From Negaprion brevirostris (taxonomy: Eukaryota): a stretch of DNA of 64,000 bases. The notes below the pieces were generated by a model. It worked only from the letters and a program-made list of their open reading frames with translations, made no database searches and had not been told where the DNA came from. Where the stretch lies: contig JARDVH010000099.1 in NCBI GenBank assembly GCA_030324005.1, forward strand, positions 49,136,343 to 49,200,342, given 5' to 3'. The translations under genes and the position numbers were made by a program. Below, in pieces: positions 47,281 through 60,378 of the stretch (position 1 is its first letter; every line of letters begins with the position of its first letter).

Positions 47281-50103
47281 TTAAATTTATGAATTGTCAG
47301 GGGCAGGAATTTTCACTCTGTTTCCCAGCCAATACTGGCTGTCCCACAGCCATTTGACGCTCCTTTGAGCCTTAATTAGACAGCAAGAGGTCTTCTACCC
47401 TCATTTAGGAGGAAATCCCAGCTTAGAGACCGCCCGACAGTCTGATTGGCTGGCACCCCTGTAGTCGCAACAGCCCCAGGCTCAAGTGCTGGTGGACGCT
47501 GCTGCGACTACAGACAATCCCTGAAGCAGAGATGCTAAAGGAAGCTGGTCTGTAGATAAATCTGGGGTACTGGTGGGTACTGGCTGGCAGGCTCTAGCAA
47601 GGGAGGTGGTGACAAGGGTGTTGGGGCTGGGTTTGAGAGGTAGGTGTGGGAGGAGGAGGGATAAAGAGGGAGGGGGGGAGCATGCGACCTTGTGGGGAAT
47701 GCCTCTGATGGCAAAGGGAACCTCCAAGGAGTTTTCACAATGATACCCCAAACCCCCGCCACATCATACCATACCTTCAAACTCACCATTGGGAAATTAT
47801 AACAAAACTGCCCCAGTTCTTCACAAAATAAAAGTAGTTTAATGGAACCAGGTTTCCTTTTACAGTTTTTCACAGCCAGGATGGCTTCCACCTGTGTACA
47901 AAGAACACTCAACTGATCATTTGTTGATGCAGTCACTAAATTAACCTCATTAAAATGCAGTGAATTTCTGTCCAGATTAATCCCATAAGAAGGAAAGAAG
48001 TAGGATTTATTTTGTATTTATGTTAATGCTAGAGGACAAGAATATTTTGCATCTTCACCATTTCAGTTAGCGCAATGGCAAAGGTTTCATTCAAGCACAA
48101 TTGCATCAATCTCACTACACCATACCGAAAGCTCAACCAAGTCACAGTGTGATTTATTCCACACGAGTAAACACGTGCCTTATTCAAACAGAATGTCAAG
48201 AGAACAAAATACTCCCAGATGGGATCTTGAGCACTTGCTCTCCATCCGCGAGGTTGTCAGCGGGTCACAAGATCCTGTAAAACGCGGAAATCACAAATCT
48301 CACCAGCAAGATCGCCAATTCCAATTTTCGCCACCCCTCGTCCACGACATCATCAGGTTCGATGACCCAAAATGGGTGAGAACCTGATTTACATTAAGGT
48401 CCCCTTGCTAGATGTCTCTCTCTGCCATGAGTCTTTTTCCAACAGGTTCATCCAGATGTGAACCTGTCATGGGGGTCCACCGGCACAAGTATCACTATAG
48501 CATTTGGGAGACGCGGCGTGGTGAGGCAGTAACCAGGCCATATGTCCTGGCACAGGTTGCCATTGCCAACCTGGCCAGGGGGCAGTGCTGAACTGGGACC
48601 TAGGGGAGCCACGGATACGCAGACTCATTTGTGGTGGGGCAGAGCAGACACTGAGCAGTGGGGATAATTGTGGGGAAGTGACAGAAGGTAGAAGCGATAC
48701 TGGCCATCAGCAATGATCGGGAAGGATGCTAGTGATTATTGGAGGGGTGGGGAGTGGGCGAAAGAAGGCGATATGCCAACGATGTTCAGGAGGGAGAGGA
48801 AAGGATACTGGCGGTGAAGAAGGGGGGGTGGTATTTCAGCGATGATCTGGAGTGCAAAGTGGGGGGTATGCCAGATATGATTGGGAGGGGATGCTGGTGA
48901 TGTTCGGTGGCGGTGGGGCGGAAGGGATGCGGGTGATAATCATGGAGAGGCTGTGCTGGGGAAGGTCGCCANNNNNNNNNNNNNNNNNNNNNNNNNNNNN
49001 NNNNNNNNNNNNNNNNNNNNNNNNNNNNNNNNNNNNNNNNNNNNNNNNNNNNNNNNNNNNNNNNNNNNNNNGGACGGGATGCTGGGGATAATCATGGAGA
49101 GGCTGTGCTGGGGAAGGGCGCCAGTGCCTCCTTGCCGGATGAGCGGGGAGGGGTGGTGGGGGTTTGTGTTTGGGTGATTAACTTTGGTTCCTGTGAAAGG
49201 CACCTCAATCTGAGTGCCCACCACTTTTAAACTGGCTGTTAAAACAATGAGAGCTGGAGACAACGTTGGTGAATGGAGTTGGAGAGTTCCACACCAGTTT
49301 TCCATCAGAACTGACACACTGCCAAATTCTTGTAAGATTCTGCCCCCCCAAATTTGACAATGTGGAAAAATTGGACTGAAATCTTTTACCAAAGGATCTT
49401 CCTAGATTGTTGTGGTTTGCCTGCGATGATTGGGAGGAGGGGAGGTACGCCTGCAAGCATCAGGGAGTCTTGCTGTGGAGACTTACCATTTCAGCTTTCT
49501 GCTCTTCTGAAAATGGCCTGCGTCTATGATTTCATTGTTCGTTTAATGCACACACTGGACACGTTGGAATAGTGTAGCAAGTGCATTTTGATTACCCCTT
49601 CCCAAAGTGGGAAACCAGGATGTTATCCAAAGGACATGTCTGAAGTTTTGCATTCTATGGGTATTTGAACATAATATAAAATGTGCGTTATCATTACCAA
49701 TATTAATTTTCACAACTTGGATGCTGAGAAACATCACCACCTAAAACCCCCCATGCTGCCTCCTTGACCTCCCCCCTCCACTCGCCCTCCTCGACCCTCC
49801 ACTCCCCATCCTCCTGACTCACCACTTCCTGCAAAGAGATGCTGACCAGACCTCCAATACAGAACCATCAGTGAGCAGTTACAGTGGAAATCTTGCAGAT
49901 CAACAGTATTGCATNNNNNNNNNNNNNNNNAGGAGGTTGCATTGGGTGCAATGGATGGTGTTTGACGCCAAGTTGCACAATTTAGTACTGGTGTGGTGCT
50001 GTACTTACATTGAGTTTAAATGGTATATTTAACCTTTACAATCCAACACAAGCCATTTAAGACCAATGCACGGGGCATAACTAAAATACTGAGTGGAATC
50101 TGA

Positions 50104-50209
50104 TGCCGGAATTTTACTGCCTCGCCCACCTGAGGCTATTGGAGAATGCTATTCTGCAAGCCTCGGGCCGCTCTGATTCTGGGGCGGGTGTGCTGGTAAA
50201 ATTTCGGCT
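50104..50209. mobile_element. Small Harbinger-type MITE (106 bp)
   Basis: TIRs gccggaattttac / gtaaaatttcggc (12 of 13 match), flanked by a TGA direct repeat. Confidence 0.65.
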
Positions 50210-50874
50210 TGAGAGTCTAACTCTGCTCCCTGCAGCAGTGTCACAAATGACTCTGGAAAATCCATTGCTAATCTAGTTTTTAGTGCAGAGTAATTTCATC
50301 ACCTTTTGTACTCCTCGTGTAGACATTGACCCTGAAAGGTATTTTTCTGAAGCTCTATTACAGCCTTACATATGAAACAGAAGGTAAATAAGAATCTCTT
50401 TATTGCTTTGCAGTATCTGGACCTGTTTTCATGCATGTGTCCTCCAATACAAGCATTTAGAAGTGTTTACATGTCACATATTTGTATTAGGCAGTACTAT
50501 TTCCTTGCCATATTATAGAATAAAATTATTCCTGAGTTCAACAACTTGCTAACTCTATTGGTGGAGTACTGGAGTGCCATTCACGGAATGCAGTTTTGAA
50601 TTCTGGTCTCATTTACCTTTCAGATACAAAAATATTCTTGAGCTGAATATTCCAAGCCTAGTCTGTACTGTACAAACGTGTTAGACAAAGCCCCTAACAC
50701 GCTTCATGGTAATAGAGTCCTTTTGTTAGTGGGGGAAAAACTAATGTTAAGTGCTGTCTTATACTGTAAAGCATTTTAGGCTGGGCCTTGTCACAGCAGC
50801 TCTATTAATTAGAACTTTTTTCTATTTCTTTTAGCTTAATGTTGTTTTGCACTGTAACTTGCTTCAAGCTCAAG

Positions 50875-51152
50875 TTTTAAGTTTATTTATTAGTGTCACA
50901 AGTACATGAAGTTACTGTGAAAATTCCCTAATCGCCACACTCAGGCGCTTGTTCGGATACACTGAGTGAGAATTTAAAATGGCCAATGTACCTAACCAGC
51001 ATGTCTTTCAAACTTTGGGAGGAAACTGGAGCACCCAGAAGAAACCCACGCAGACACTGAGAGAATGTGCAGACTCTGGACAGTGACCCAAACCAGGAAC
51101 TGAACCTGGGTCTCTGGTGCTGTAAGGCAGCAGTGCTAACCACTGTGCTACC
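50875..51152 (-). mobile_element. V-SINE with alternative (non-CR1) tail
   Basis: Same head and V-domain as HE1. Tail (minus) gagtgtggcgattagggaattttcacagtaacttcat..cttgtgacactaataaataaac. Confidence 0.82.
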
Positions 51153-51484
51153 TTGAGCTGATAGTGAAGTGACAAAGAAACAATGGGGCATCACAGTGAT
51201 GTTACCTAGGACGTCACTGAAACATGGGACCAACGGTATTTCACCTTAAGCAATGGGATTTATGGTGGTCACAAAAAAAGAGGAATAATGGAGCAGGAGG
51301 GCAAATTACCTGCAAACCAGGCGCGGAAAGAGAAATCAAGAGAGGGGGAGAAAAGATTTGATTGAGGGAGAGAGAAAAGTAAGGTACTTTTAAAAAATAC
51401 CAACCTAAATACTTCAACAATATCCTACTCAAAGGATTAAATTGTTCAGGTTTTTGAGCCAGTGAAGTTGATTGGCATTGTATT

Positions 51485-51715
51485 AGAACAAAGAAAATTA
51501 CTACACAGGAACAGGCCCTTCGGCCTCCAAGCCTGCACCGACCATGCTGCCCAACTGAATTAAAACCCCTTACCCTTCTGGGGACTGTATCCCTGTATTG
51601 CAATCCTATTCATGTATTTGTCAAGACACCCCTTAAAAGTCACTATTGTAGCTCCTTCCACTACTTCCCCCAGCAGCGAGTTCCAGGCACCCACCACCCT
51701 CTGTGTGAAAAACAT
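51485..51715 (-). mobile_element. CR1 3' fragment
   Basis: aggaacaggcccttcggcc..gagttccaggcacccaccaccctctgtgtgaaaaa (reverse complement of FFTQRVVGAWNSL). Confidence 0.85.
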
Positions 51716-53272
51716 TAATAATAATCACATTGTTAAATAATTAAACTCTTAGTTTTCAGACTTGACTATGCAATTTGCCACAGTTTGGAAATCCAGAAAA
51801 TTTGCGAAATAGGGAGATTAAGAGCTGGGCACTGTTTGTTGACAAACAGCGGAGTGATATGAATCAGCCAGCAAGTTCTGAAGATCTGTGCCTTGCACCG
51901 TTCTTCTGAATCCCCTAAACCCTGTAGCCGATTTGCACTTTAATAACGGTGTGTGCTAACAAACCGTCAGTTTTCCGGAAGGATCCAACCTATTGTCATT
52001 TGATACAGAACATCTTTAATAGTACCCAGTAAAAGCTCTTGCTCTAGTATATGCTGCTCTCCCAGGAGAATGTGGAGACAGGCTTTGAAGGAATAAATAG
52101 TATATAAAAAAAATCAAAACCAATGTCTCCTGTGATAAAAACTACCAAATATTATAAGCACTCTGCACATGAGGACCTGGACATTTGGAATGACATCTTT
52201 AGTTTTAGCAAACCCCTATTACAAAGGAACTGTTTGATATGCTGGAAGCCGTGATGTGCACTTGGGTTTAAAGTAGTAATTAAATCATTACAATTCAAGC
52301 ACTTAGAGGAGTATTAAGTAAAGGCTGCCAGTTTGTACCTGCATTCCAATCTGGCACAGTAAACACAATCAATTGAACATGATAATAGCCCTACATGTTC
52401 ATGTGGGCTGCCATTATTTGTGCAGATGCTCAGTATGGTTTTAGTACCTTAGTGAAGCAGATAATAATAGGCTTTACAGAACAAAATATTTTAGATACAT
52501 TAACAAAATTAAAGTAAGCACATTGCTTGCACTTATATTTCATATATAAATGATTTTGATTTGTGTAAAGGTGCATGCACCTGTGAATCTTTGAAACGTT
52601 TCTGAGAATCGGCTTTTTCAATAGATCGTAATGGATGTGAGGCCACAAAATATTTCCAAAAGGCTGACATTTTCAAGNNNNNNNNNNGAGGGGGTGGGTT
52701 GACAGGAGGTGAATTGCTCGTTCAGGAGGGGGCCAGCAGAGACGCAACAGGCTGAATGGCCCCCTGTGCTGTAACCATCCTAAGATCCTTCCTCATTATT
52801 ACAGGAGCATTTTAATGTTTTATATTGAAACATTCAGATTGATTCTTTCTGTAAAGATACAAGCTTATCCAATTGTAGATGTTAAATGTTTCTTGAGCCT
52901 GTTTACTCGTGAGGCTATCCATTTGTTGAGAAAGTTGACAGGACTGCAGTGAGATAAGAACTTATCTCCTGACCTCTTGTGAAGTTTCCTGTTACATTTG
53001 CAGCTGCAGGAATCCCCAGCTTGCTTTTCACAATGATGTGATTTGGCCCAGAGGATAAGGCATGAAATGGCTTTCCTTCCAGTGATGAAACATTACAATG
53101 TTATAACTCTGCGTTTCACCACATTATAGGTGAAGAACAAAATTAATATCTTGTTAATAACATGTAGGAAACTAAAGTAAGCATGTTACTCACCAAAAGC
53201 TAGTAAATCTGTAAAATAAGTTGTCTGAAGTTTTGCTTATTTTGCTAATTATTCTTTCTTTTATGAACCTAG

Positions 53273-55015
53273 GGGGTAAACTGTGGTCTTATGTAAGCAA
53301 ATTTCTCCAGAAAAAGTCCGAAGAAAGTTTTGAATCTCATGACTTGGACAAGCGTGGTCCCAAATCAGTCACTGTGTACGGTAGTTTTACCATGGACCAG
53401 TCAAGCACCGAAGGCATGAGCAGCAGTGTAGGCTCGGTGGGGAGTGACATTGGAAATATGCTTCAGGGCCTACCTTTGAAGAGTAACCCGACTTCGAGTT
53501 CACAGGATGATAGCAGTGCCCCAGATGAAGATACTCAGGACAATTCACAGGAATTATTAGATTCGCCATCATCAGGATCTGAAGCAGTTGAAGAAGAATG
53601 TACCAGTAGTTATCTTACACTGTGCCATGAGTACGAACAGGAGAAAAAAGAGCCTGATCATCTGACTTCAGAAACTTTTCCAACAGTTTGTGAAGATGTA
53701 CCTGGAAGTTCCGTCGACCTGGGAGTGACCTCTCGGTCACATTCCCTTCTTAGTAATGACAGTCTCTGTTCCCCTGCTACAAGTCAAGAACTTCGGTTCT
53801 TCACAGAGGACATTAACACCGAGGCTTTTAGCCCAACAAAAACGTCGGAGTCTCTAAATTTGTCCAAACATAGTCCAATGGAATTTTTCAGAATTGATAG
53901 CAAGGACAGTGCAAGTGAACTGGTAAGCCTCGACCCAGCAGAAAATGTACAAAATGCAAAAACAGAATCAGCACCAATCTTTAATCTGGTGTCTGAAGTG
54001 GACAATAACGAGAGCTGCTTTGACATGAGTGACATTAAGATGGAGTCAGTCGTCTTTCTGGCCCCCGATACTTGCAGCAGAAGGTCCGCAAATGATTCTG
54101 TACCAGTGATCTCCTTTCAGGATGCAGCAGGTGGAGATCCCAGCAGCTGTGAGGAGGGTAGGCCTGATCTATTAGTGAATTTGCCAGGTGTTTTAGAGGA
54201 TGATGAGGCAGCTGGACTACTTTTATCTGATAAATGCAGTGTGACTAACATTGATAATTCAGAGAATAGACAGTATGAGAAACCGGACGTTTTACTAATT
54301 AATTATAATGTTGATCATTGTGTGAATTCACAAGGAGCTCTGAAACTGATTCTGCCAAAGGAAGAGGACCCTTATGGTCCAGGTGTAGATAGTATCTCAA
54401 CACAGCAGTTACAACTTTCTCAGAATGGAAAGGAACAAGACCTGTACAAGCGAATTGATGCCAGTTTGCATGAAGCGAAAGAAAAAGAACTTAATTCCTT
54501 GTTTTCCATCACCCATGCTGCAAATATGCCATCATGTTTGACTGTTGAATCTGTTAGCACCTCAGACTTGGAACATATTCATAGAAATCTAAGTCCTGTT
54601 CCTCACTTGCATGAGCGAGTCAGCCCTTGTGGTACAGATTCAGGTGAAGATAGTTCAATTTATTCCCCAACTACAAAAGAAAAATATACAGATGGAAAAG
54701 ATATTTCGGACGAAGAGCAGACACACAGAGAAGACACAGATAGCTATGATCAAGACAGTATCCTGCACTCTGAAGACGTAAATGAAAAGGCAATGACAGA
54801 AAGCCACATTGTCACAAAAACAGATGCAGATAAGCTGATATCACACATGTTTAAAGAGCTGGAAGAAAGTTTTGCTCAAGCTTCTAATGCTCACATTCCA
54901 GAGAGCTCTATTCAATATTGGGCAGCAGAGATAGCTGTAGCCCTTGATGCACTTCATCGAGAAGGAATCATATGCCATGATTTGAACCCAAACAACATCT
55001 TGCTGAATGACAAAG
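53273..55015 (+). CDS. RPS6KC1: RPS6KC1 large coding exon (~exon 11): kinase hinge, long acidic insert, catalytic-loop region
   Basis: Acceptor gaacctag|G and donor AAAG|gtcagg. 1743 nt inside ORF 53221-55083: GKLWSYVSKFL...SPMEFFRIDSKDSASEL...GRPDLLVNLPG...IPESSIQYWAAEIAVALDALHREGIICHDLNPNNILLNDK(G). Phase 1-1. Confidence 0.97.
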
Positions 55016-55301
55016 GTCAGGAACTTTTGCAAATGCATTTTTTCCCTAATATCTTTTGCTGTTGCTTACTTGCTTCCAATTAAGTGAGTAGGCGTTTTAT
55101 CCTATAATTAGTATCTTCATTTCCTGTCTGAAGCCTCATTTCCAGTGCAGTGAATTCACCCACAGTAATAGCCTCTAGTGCTTAATGATGCCATTATTCT
55201 TAATGATACTGTTTTTTAGCTACAAAAGAATAATTACAGTTCACTTCTACAGAAAATGTAGGAAAAAATTGTTTTGATTTCTCATGTCATTTTGTTTTTA
55301 G

Positions 55302-55391
55302 GACACATTCAACTGACGTATTTTAGCAGATGGAGTGAGGTTGACGATTCCTGTGACAGCAGTGCCATAGAGAAAATGTACTGCGCCCCAG
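55302..55391 (+). CDS. RPS6KC1: RPS6KC1 coding exon (~exon 12), degenerate activation segment
   Basis: Acceptor tttgtttttag| and donor CCAG|gttaga. 90 nt encoding (G)HIQLTYFSRWSEVDDSCDSSAIEKMYCAP(E). TYF replaces DFG. Phase 1-1. Confidence 0.95.
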
Positions 55392-58300
55392 GTTAGAACA
55401 CTTAGTTGCATATAAAGTACTTTGTAAGCCTTCCCTTCAGTCTATTATGCAGCCCACATACCTTTCTTTATGTGTTGGTTCATTTGGTATGCAAAGCATT
55501 TCTTTGCAATTAAAAGTGTGACATGGGTAGAATTTATTATTTTTCCAAAAATCATTTGCTGCTTATTAAAATTTATATTGAATTGGGATTTTATAATTTA
55601 AACCAAACTTTGGGTACTCGTAGCTTCCCTGAAAAGAAAATTTCAAGACTTGCAGGAATAAAATACGATACTCTGTGTTTAAAATTAAGTTGCAGTGAAC
55701 TCGGAAAATCAAAACAACCATTTTTCATTAATCTCTTCTGAGGCAGTAATATACGTTTCTCTTGTTGCCAAGAAGCTTTATCAATTCTTCCTGTACAGCT
55801 TAAGCCTAAATGGAGCTACTTTTATGATGAAAGAAGAGGCTAATCCTAAAATCTAGGGTAGTCCGTTGAGGTTGGTGGGGCAAGGAGGGGATGATTTTGG
55901 GGAGTTGCATTGCACGGGAAATTGTGATATAGGGGGAGACTATGAGCCATGACTTCAGCCATTTGGGTCTGAAGGCGATAGATTGGAAGGCAGTGGATGG
56001 ATTGGAATGGGAAACAAGATTATTTTTGGGAAAGTTTGGGTTAGTAAGTTACTCTTTAGGAGCAGTTTACTGGGAGAGTGAAGCAGGATCTTTCTCAACA
56101 GGTGTCATGGGGAAGGGTTACTTCCAGACTACTATATATTTGGCTTGGAGGTGACACTTGACTTTCGGGTTAATGGTCCTTTAATCAGTCAGTCACGATG
56201 CTTTATTTCCAATGCCACTTAAAAATGTTGAGACTAACACTGGGGGCTATTTCAGCATTGGGTAATAGTATAAAACCAGCAATATTGAAGCAATCACTGG
56301 TTATTTATCACTCCTGATTTTAATTTTTATTGTCTTCAATACTAAATAAAACAATGAGATATATGGATGGCTGATTTAGTGTTTTTATCCTACACTGTCA
56401 TCTACAGGCAAAATGACCCCCGTTGTTTTTAATCTGTAATTGATGGGTGAGGTGGAAAGAGATATTGACATTCAGGAATGCACGCGAACAATAAAAAATG
56501 CAGACTAATACATATTTTGGGATTCTGTCGATAGATAAAATATATGGAACCAAAACTAAAATTGAAGAAGGAGGACATATGGGACCTTAGATATAATAAC
56601 AAAATAAGAAATGAGTTAAGAGATGAAGAAGAGAGAATCTTGGAAAATATAAATATCCTTGTTTAAAAAAAAAAATCGTTGAATGCAAGTTGACATTTGA
56701 GAGGAGAGGATAGCGAGTTAATAGAAGATAAATGGAAATCAGTGCGGACACTTTACAGGCACTGGCTGTAGTGATTACGAAGGAGGATGTTGGAGAGGAG
56801 GTAAATCCTGAATTGATTAAATGTGAGATGAGATATATTATTCAAAAGAAAATAGAGATGTTAATTAGTACAAAAGAGAAAAGTACCAGGACCTGACCCA
56901 AAAATGTTGAGGAAACGATGAACAAATAGTTATTTTCCAGGCTTCAGTGAGTGTGGTGAGTTCTGGAAAACTGAAGAGTGACCAATTTAATGTCCAGTTT
57001 CAATCAATGAGTAGCTTAACATTTGTGGCAATGTACTCTCTAATTTGTTTCATTTATGTGCAGAATGAATTTCACATGCATCAACAGTAAGATAATCTGT
57101 GGCTGTGTGCCACCAGTAGAAAGAGAAACTACATAAATATATATTTTTAAAAAGTTACTCTTGATTTGGATGAGGATGACACAGTAACAGGCTAGTCCAC
57201 AAATGACTAGATTTACTGAATTCAGTTTTTAAATTCGCCATGGCGGAGTCTTGACCTTCCGGTTTTAAGTTCATAATCACTACACTAAAATGCATCACAG
57301 AAACATTTACTAAATTTTATATTGAGCTTGTATTTTAGTTATTTGACAGTAAGAGAGATAAAAGTTGACAAAAGTTGAATTGGCAGCAGTGGATCAAAAC
57401 AAGACGAGGACTTATTGTTCCGGAAGTAGAAAGAGCTAAGTAGGCTTGGCTACTTGAGTTGATAGAAAATATAGAAATGGCAACTTTCATTGTTTCAGTT
57501 TATTGAGTTTTCTCTTTAGTTAAATTTGTTCTGAATTGTGAGGGAAATAGTCACTTCCTGACATCAGCAAACATGATCAGGCAGAGGTGAAGTGTCTCCA
57601 AATTTGGAAAGAGATTGACTCTTGTAAAGGAGAATGAAGGCTGGAGAAACAGCGTCCCTGTAAATCAAATGAATTTTGAAGGGAGAAACTATATCAGGGT
57701 ACTGGGGAAGAATACTTCTGCTGAAGTGAGCACGAAATCTCAGGAGGGAGAATGACAGTTGATAGTAAATAGTTGCACTTATTCCATTTACAGTTCTTTT
57801 AAAATTAAAAACTTATGAATTGTGAATTAGCCGGTTCACCATTTTTTAAAGGAATCTGTTTATCATAATGCTTACAAAAGTGAATTGCAGAGATGTAGCA
57901 TTTGGAACTGTGCACAAGTTAAACTGTCCATGAGCTAATCTCAAGAAGTTTTGCAATTTGTTTGGAGATCTGGAGTAGGAATCCAAAACTTTTCTGAAAC
58001 TCCTAGAAATATCTTTTGTTATGTTTCTTGACCATGGGACAAGGGGGAAATCCAGTACAAGATCAATAATGTTTTATTTAATTTTGAGTGTCAAGATGTT
58101 TACTAAGTAGATTTAGCCACAGGATTCTGAGATTAGAATGAACAAAAATCAACTTTAAAGTTCAGAAAGGGAAAACAATTTACAATATCTATCTTAAACT
58201 CTAACTTTCAGAGTAAGTATGAGATACATGCAAATTAACAGGCAAACTGTGTTTGAAGGTACCACACTACACAGTAGATGACAGATGTAACCAAAGCAGA

Positions 58301-60378
58301 TTCTATGGATGTCTCAACACATTGTGAGACAGCCAATCTCATGAGGGTTTCCAATCTCCATGTTTGAAGATTGACTGTTGGAATTCCCTTCAAAAGTTAC
58401 TCCTACTTGGATTTCTTCAACACTGACCCACCTTGCAGGGTTTCAACGTCACCTTCCAAGATTCCTTTCCTCTGGATCTCTGAGTACACTTAAGCTTCAG
58501 CTCCCAAGCACAGTTTCAGCTCTTTGGCTGTGCCAAGCAGAACATCATACCTCCAAAAGGGTGCCTTTGCCCCAATGGCCTGCCTTTGGCTGCCTTCTTG
58601 GATCTTTAGGACTTCTCTTTTGCTCGCTCCATTCGAAGTCTGCTCCCTGCAGCTCTTTCTTGAATTTGAAGCCTATTATTTTTCTCCTTTATTGAACCTC
58701 ACTTACTGGGACCTATTCATGTCCCTTGTCTTCGTACCTTACCTGTACTACCTTTGGGGACCTCTCCCTGTCCCCCTTCCTGTTTGAGACCTACTGCCTG
58801 TTCCCCTCCCATGACTTGCTTCCTGGGATAGGACAAGATAATGGTGCTGTATCTCAGGTCATCTGACCTGCATTTTCACACCATTCTGTTTTTTCTGCGC
58901 GGGTGCGCAGGTCTGGACCCTGACCTGAAGAATGTAAAAGCCTCAAACTGCACATATGTGACAAGTTGCTGGCTGTCATGTGCAGGAGGCCCAAAGTTTG
59001 TCAGGAACCAAAGTTCCCCACCTACAAACTAAAGGTAAGTATTTGTGTTTCATCACACATTGTGTCAGTTGTCTTTGGGGTCAAGCTTCCTTCAGTAATT
59101 CCACAAAACCAGCCACAGCAGAATCATTAGATTAGTGGTATTACCCACCCCAAAACTTCGCTTATTCTTTCAACTCACCTCCTGCTTGCTGCCTTCCACC
59201 TACAGCTTGCGTCTCTCTCAACTTACTGCTACCTACTCCACCCCTCACTGCCTCCCTGTGGTTTGTGGCCTCCCTCTCCGGAACCTTCACTGTGAGTGTA
59301 GACTTGGGAGAGTGGCAGTGTGAGGAAGAGAACGAGAGGGACACTAAGCTGGAGGGTTGGGGAGACAAGCAGTGAGTGGGAAGATTGGCAAACAGGCAAG
59401 AAGGAAGACGAGTGTTGACATAGCTTCACGATTTGACATGAATGGATTTTGAGTGATAATTTCAATTGATTAATCACGTCAGACCTGGCTCTCATCTGTT
59501 AATTTCAAGTCTTGGAGGAGTCTACCAGTTAATTGCTCAATGACTAGAATGGCAGAAAACTTCATTTAACTATCTGCATGTCTGTAATAATTAAGTGCAC
59601 AGCACTTGATGGACTATTGTGTGGTTGCCGAGGGAACTCTGTGATACATAAAACTTTTTAATCTCTCTATTAAAATTAAATTACTAAGTTACTGGATGAA
59701 GAGAAAGAAGAACAAACATATTTTGGCAAGGAAAGATATATATATATATAACAGATCTGAGATCCTTTGAGGAGTTGGCAGATATGGATGGATAGAGTTG
59801 GTGTACATTGGTTTTCAGGAGTCTTTGTGAAGGAGTCCGTTGGAAAATGTTGGGCACGTAATTAAGTGAACAAATTAGATGAAAATCTTCTTAGAAAAGA
59901 CAAAACAAAAAAAGTCAAAGTCAGTTGTGGTTAATGGAGTGTAAAATTTGGTATCTGATCTGGGGGTTACTGACCTGGTTGTGTAAGTTTCCATCCCAGT
60001 GGCTAATGTTAAAGCTAACTCTCCAAGGTTTTAAAATATAATGTATCCATTAAATTGAGATTCCACATATTTCTAGATCAATTTCAACTTGGTGCATCTC
60101 AAAAATCAGAAAAAGTAGCGAAGTTGGGGATAGAAGGAGAGCAACTTGAGGATTCGGCTTGAGTCAGCAAGCACATGTGGCTGTTTTCAGCCCAGGATGA
60201 AGAGGGCTGGTCCATGACTGGAAAGGTTTGAATGGGGCAAGAAGCAGTTTTGCCTGGAAGGAGGGAATAGAAATGTTACCATTACAAAATACCAATACTG
60301 TTACAAATACCAAAAGTTGTGTTAATACCCGTGAGGTCAGACATGCTGGAAATATATTAAGAGGGGGAAACCTGCCTT

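Noticed and set aside
48935-49122. 37-nt direct repeat gataatcatggagaggctgtgctggggaagg flanking a gap (CRISPR-like spacing)
   Set aside because: Only two copies around Ns in a G-rich degenerate minisatellite, in a vertebrate intron with no cas genes. It is a collapsed tandem repeat or contig overlap.
53221-55083. 620-aa ORF as a standalone gene with a hydrophobic signal-peptide-like N-terminus
   Set aside because: The first 17 codons are the polypyrimidine tract and the last 22 are intron read-through. The true exon is 53273-55015 and joins flanking RPS6KC1 exons in phase.
56060-56154. Possible next RPS6KC1 exon after ctctttag (GAVYWESEAG..)
   Set aside because: It lacks the expected EVG..ACDWWSLG motif. 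No downstream kinase exon was found before 64000, so the 3' exons are presumably outside the window.
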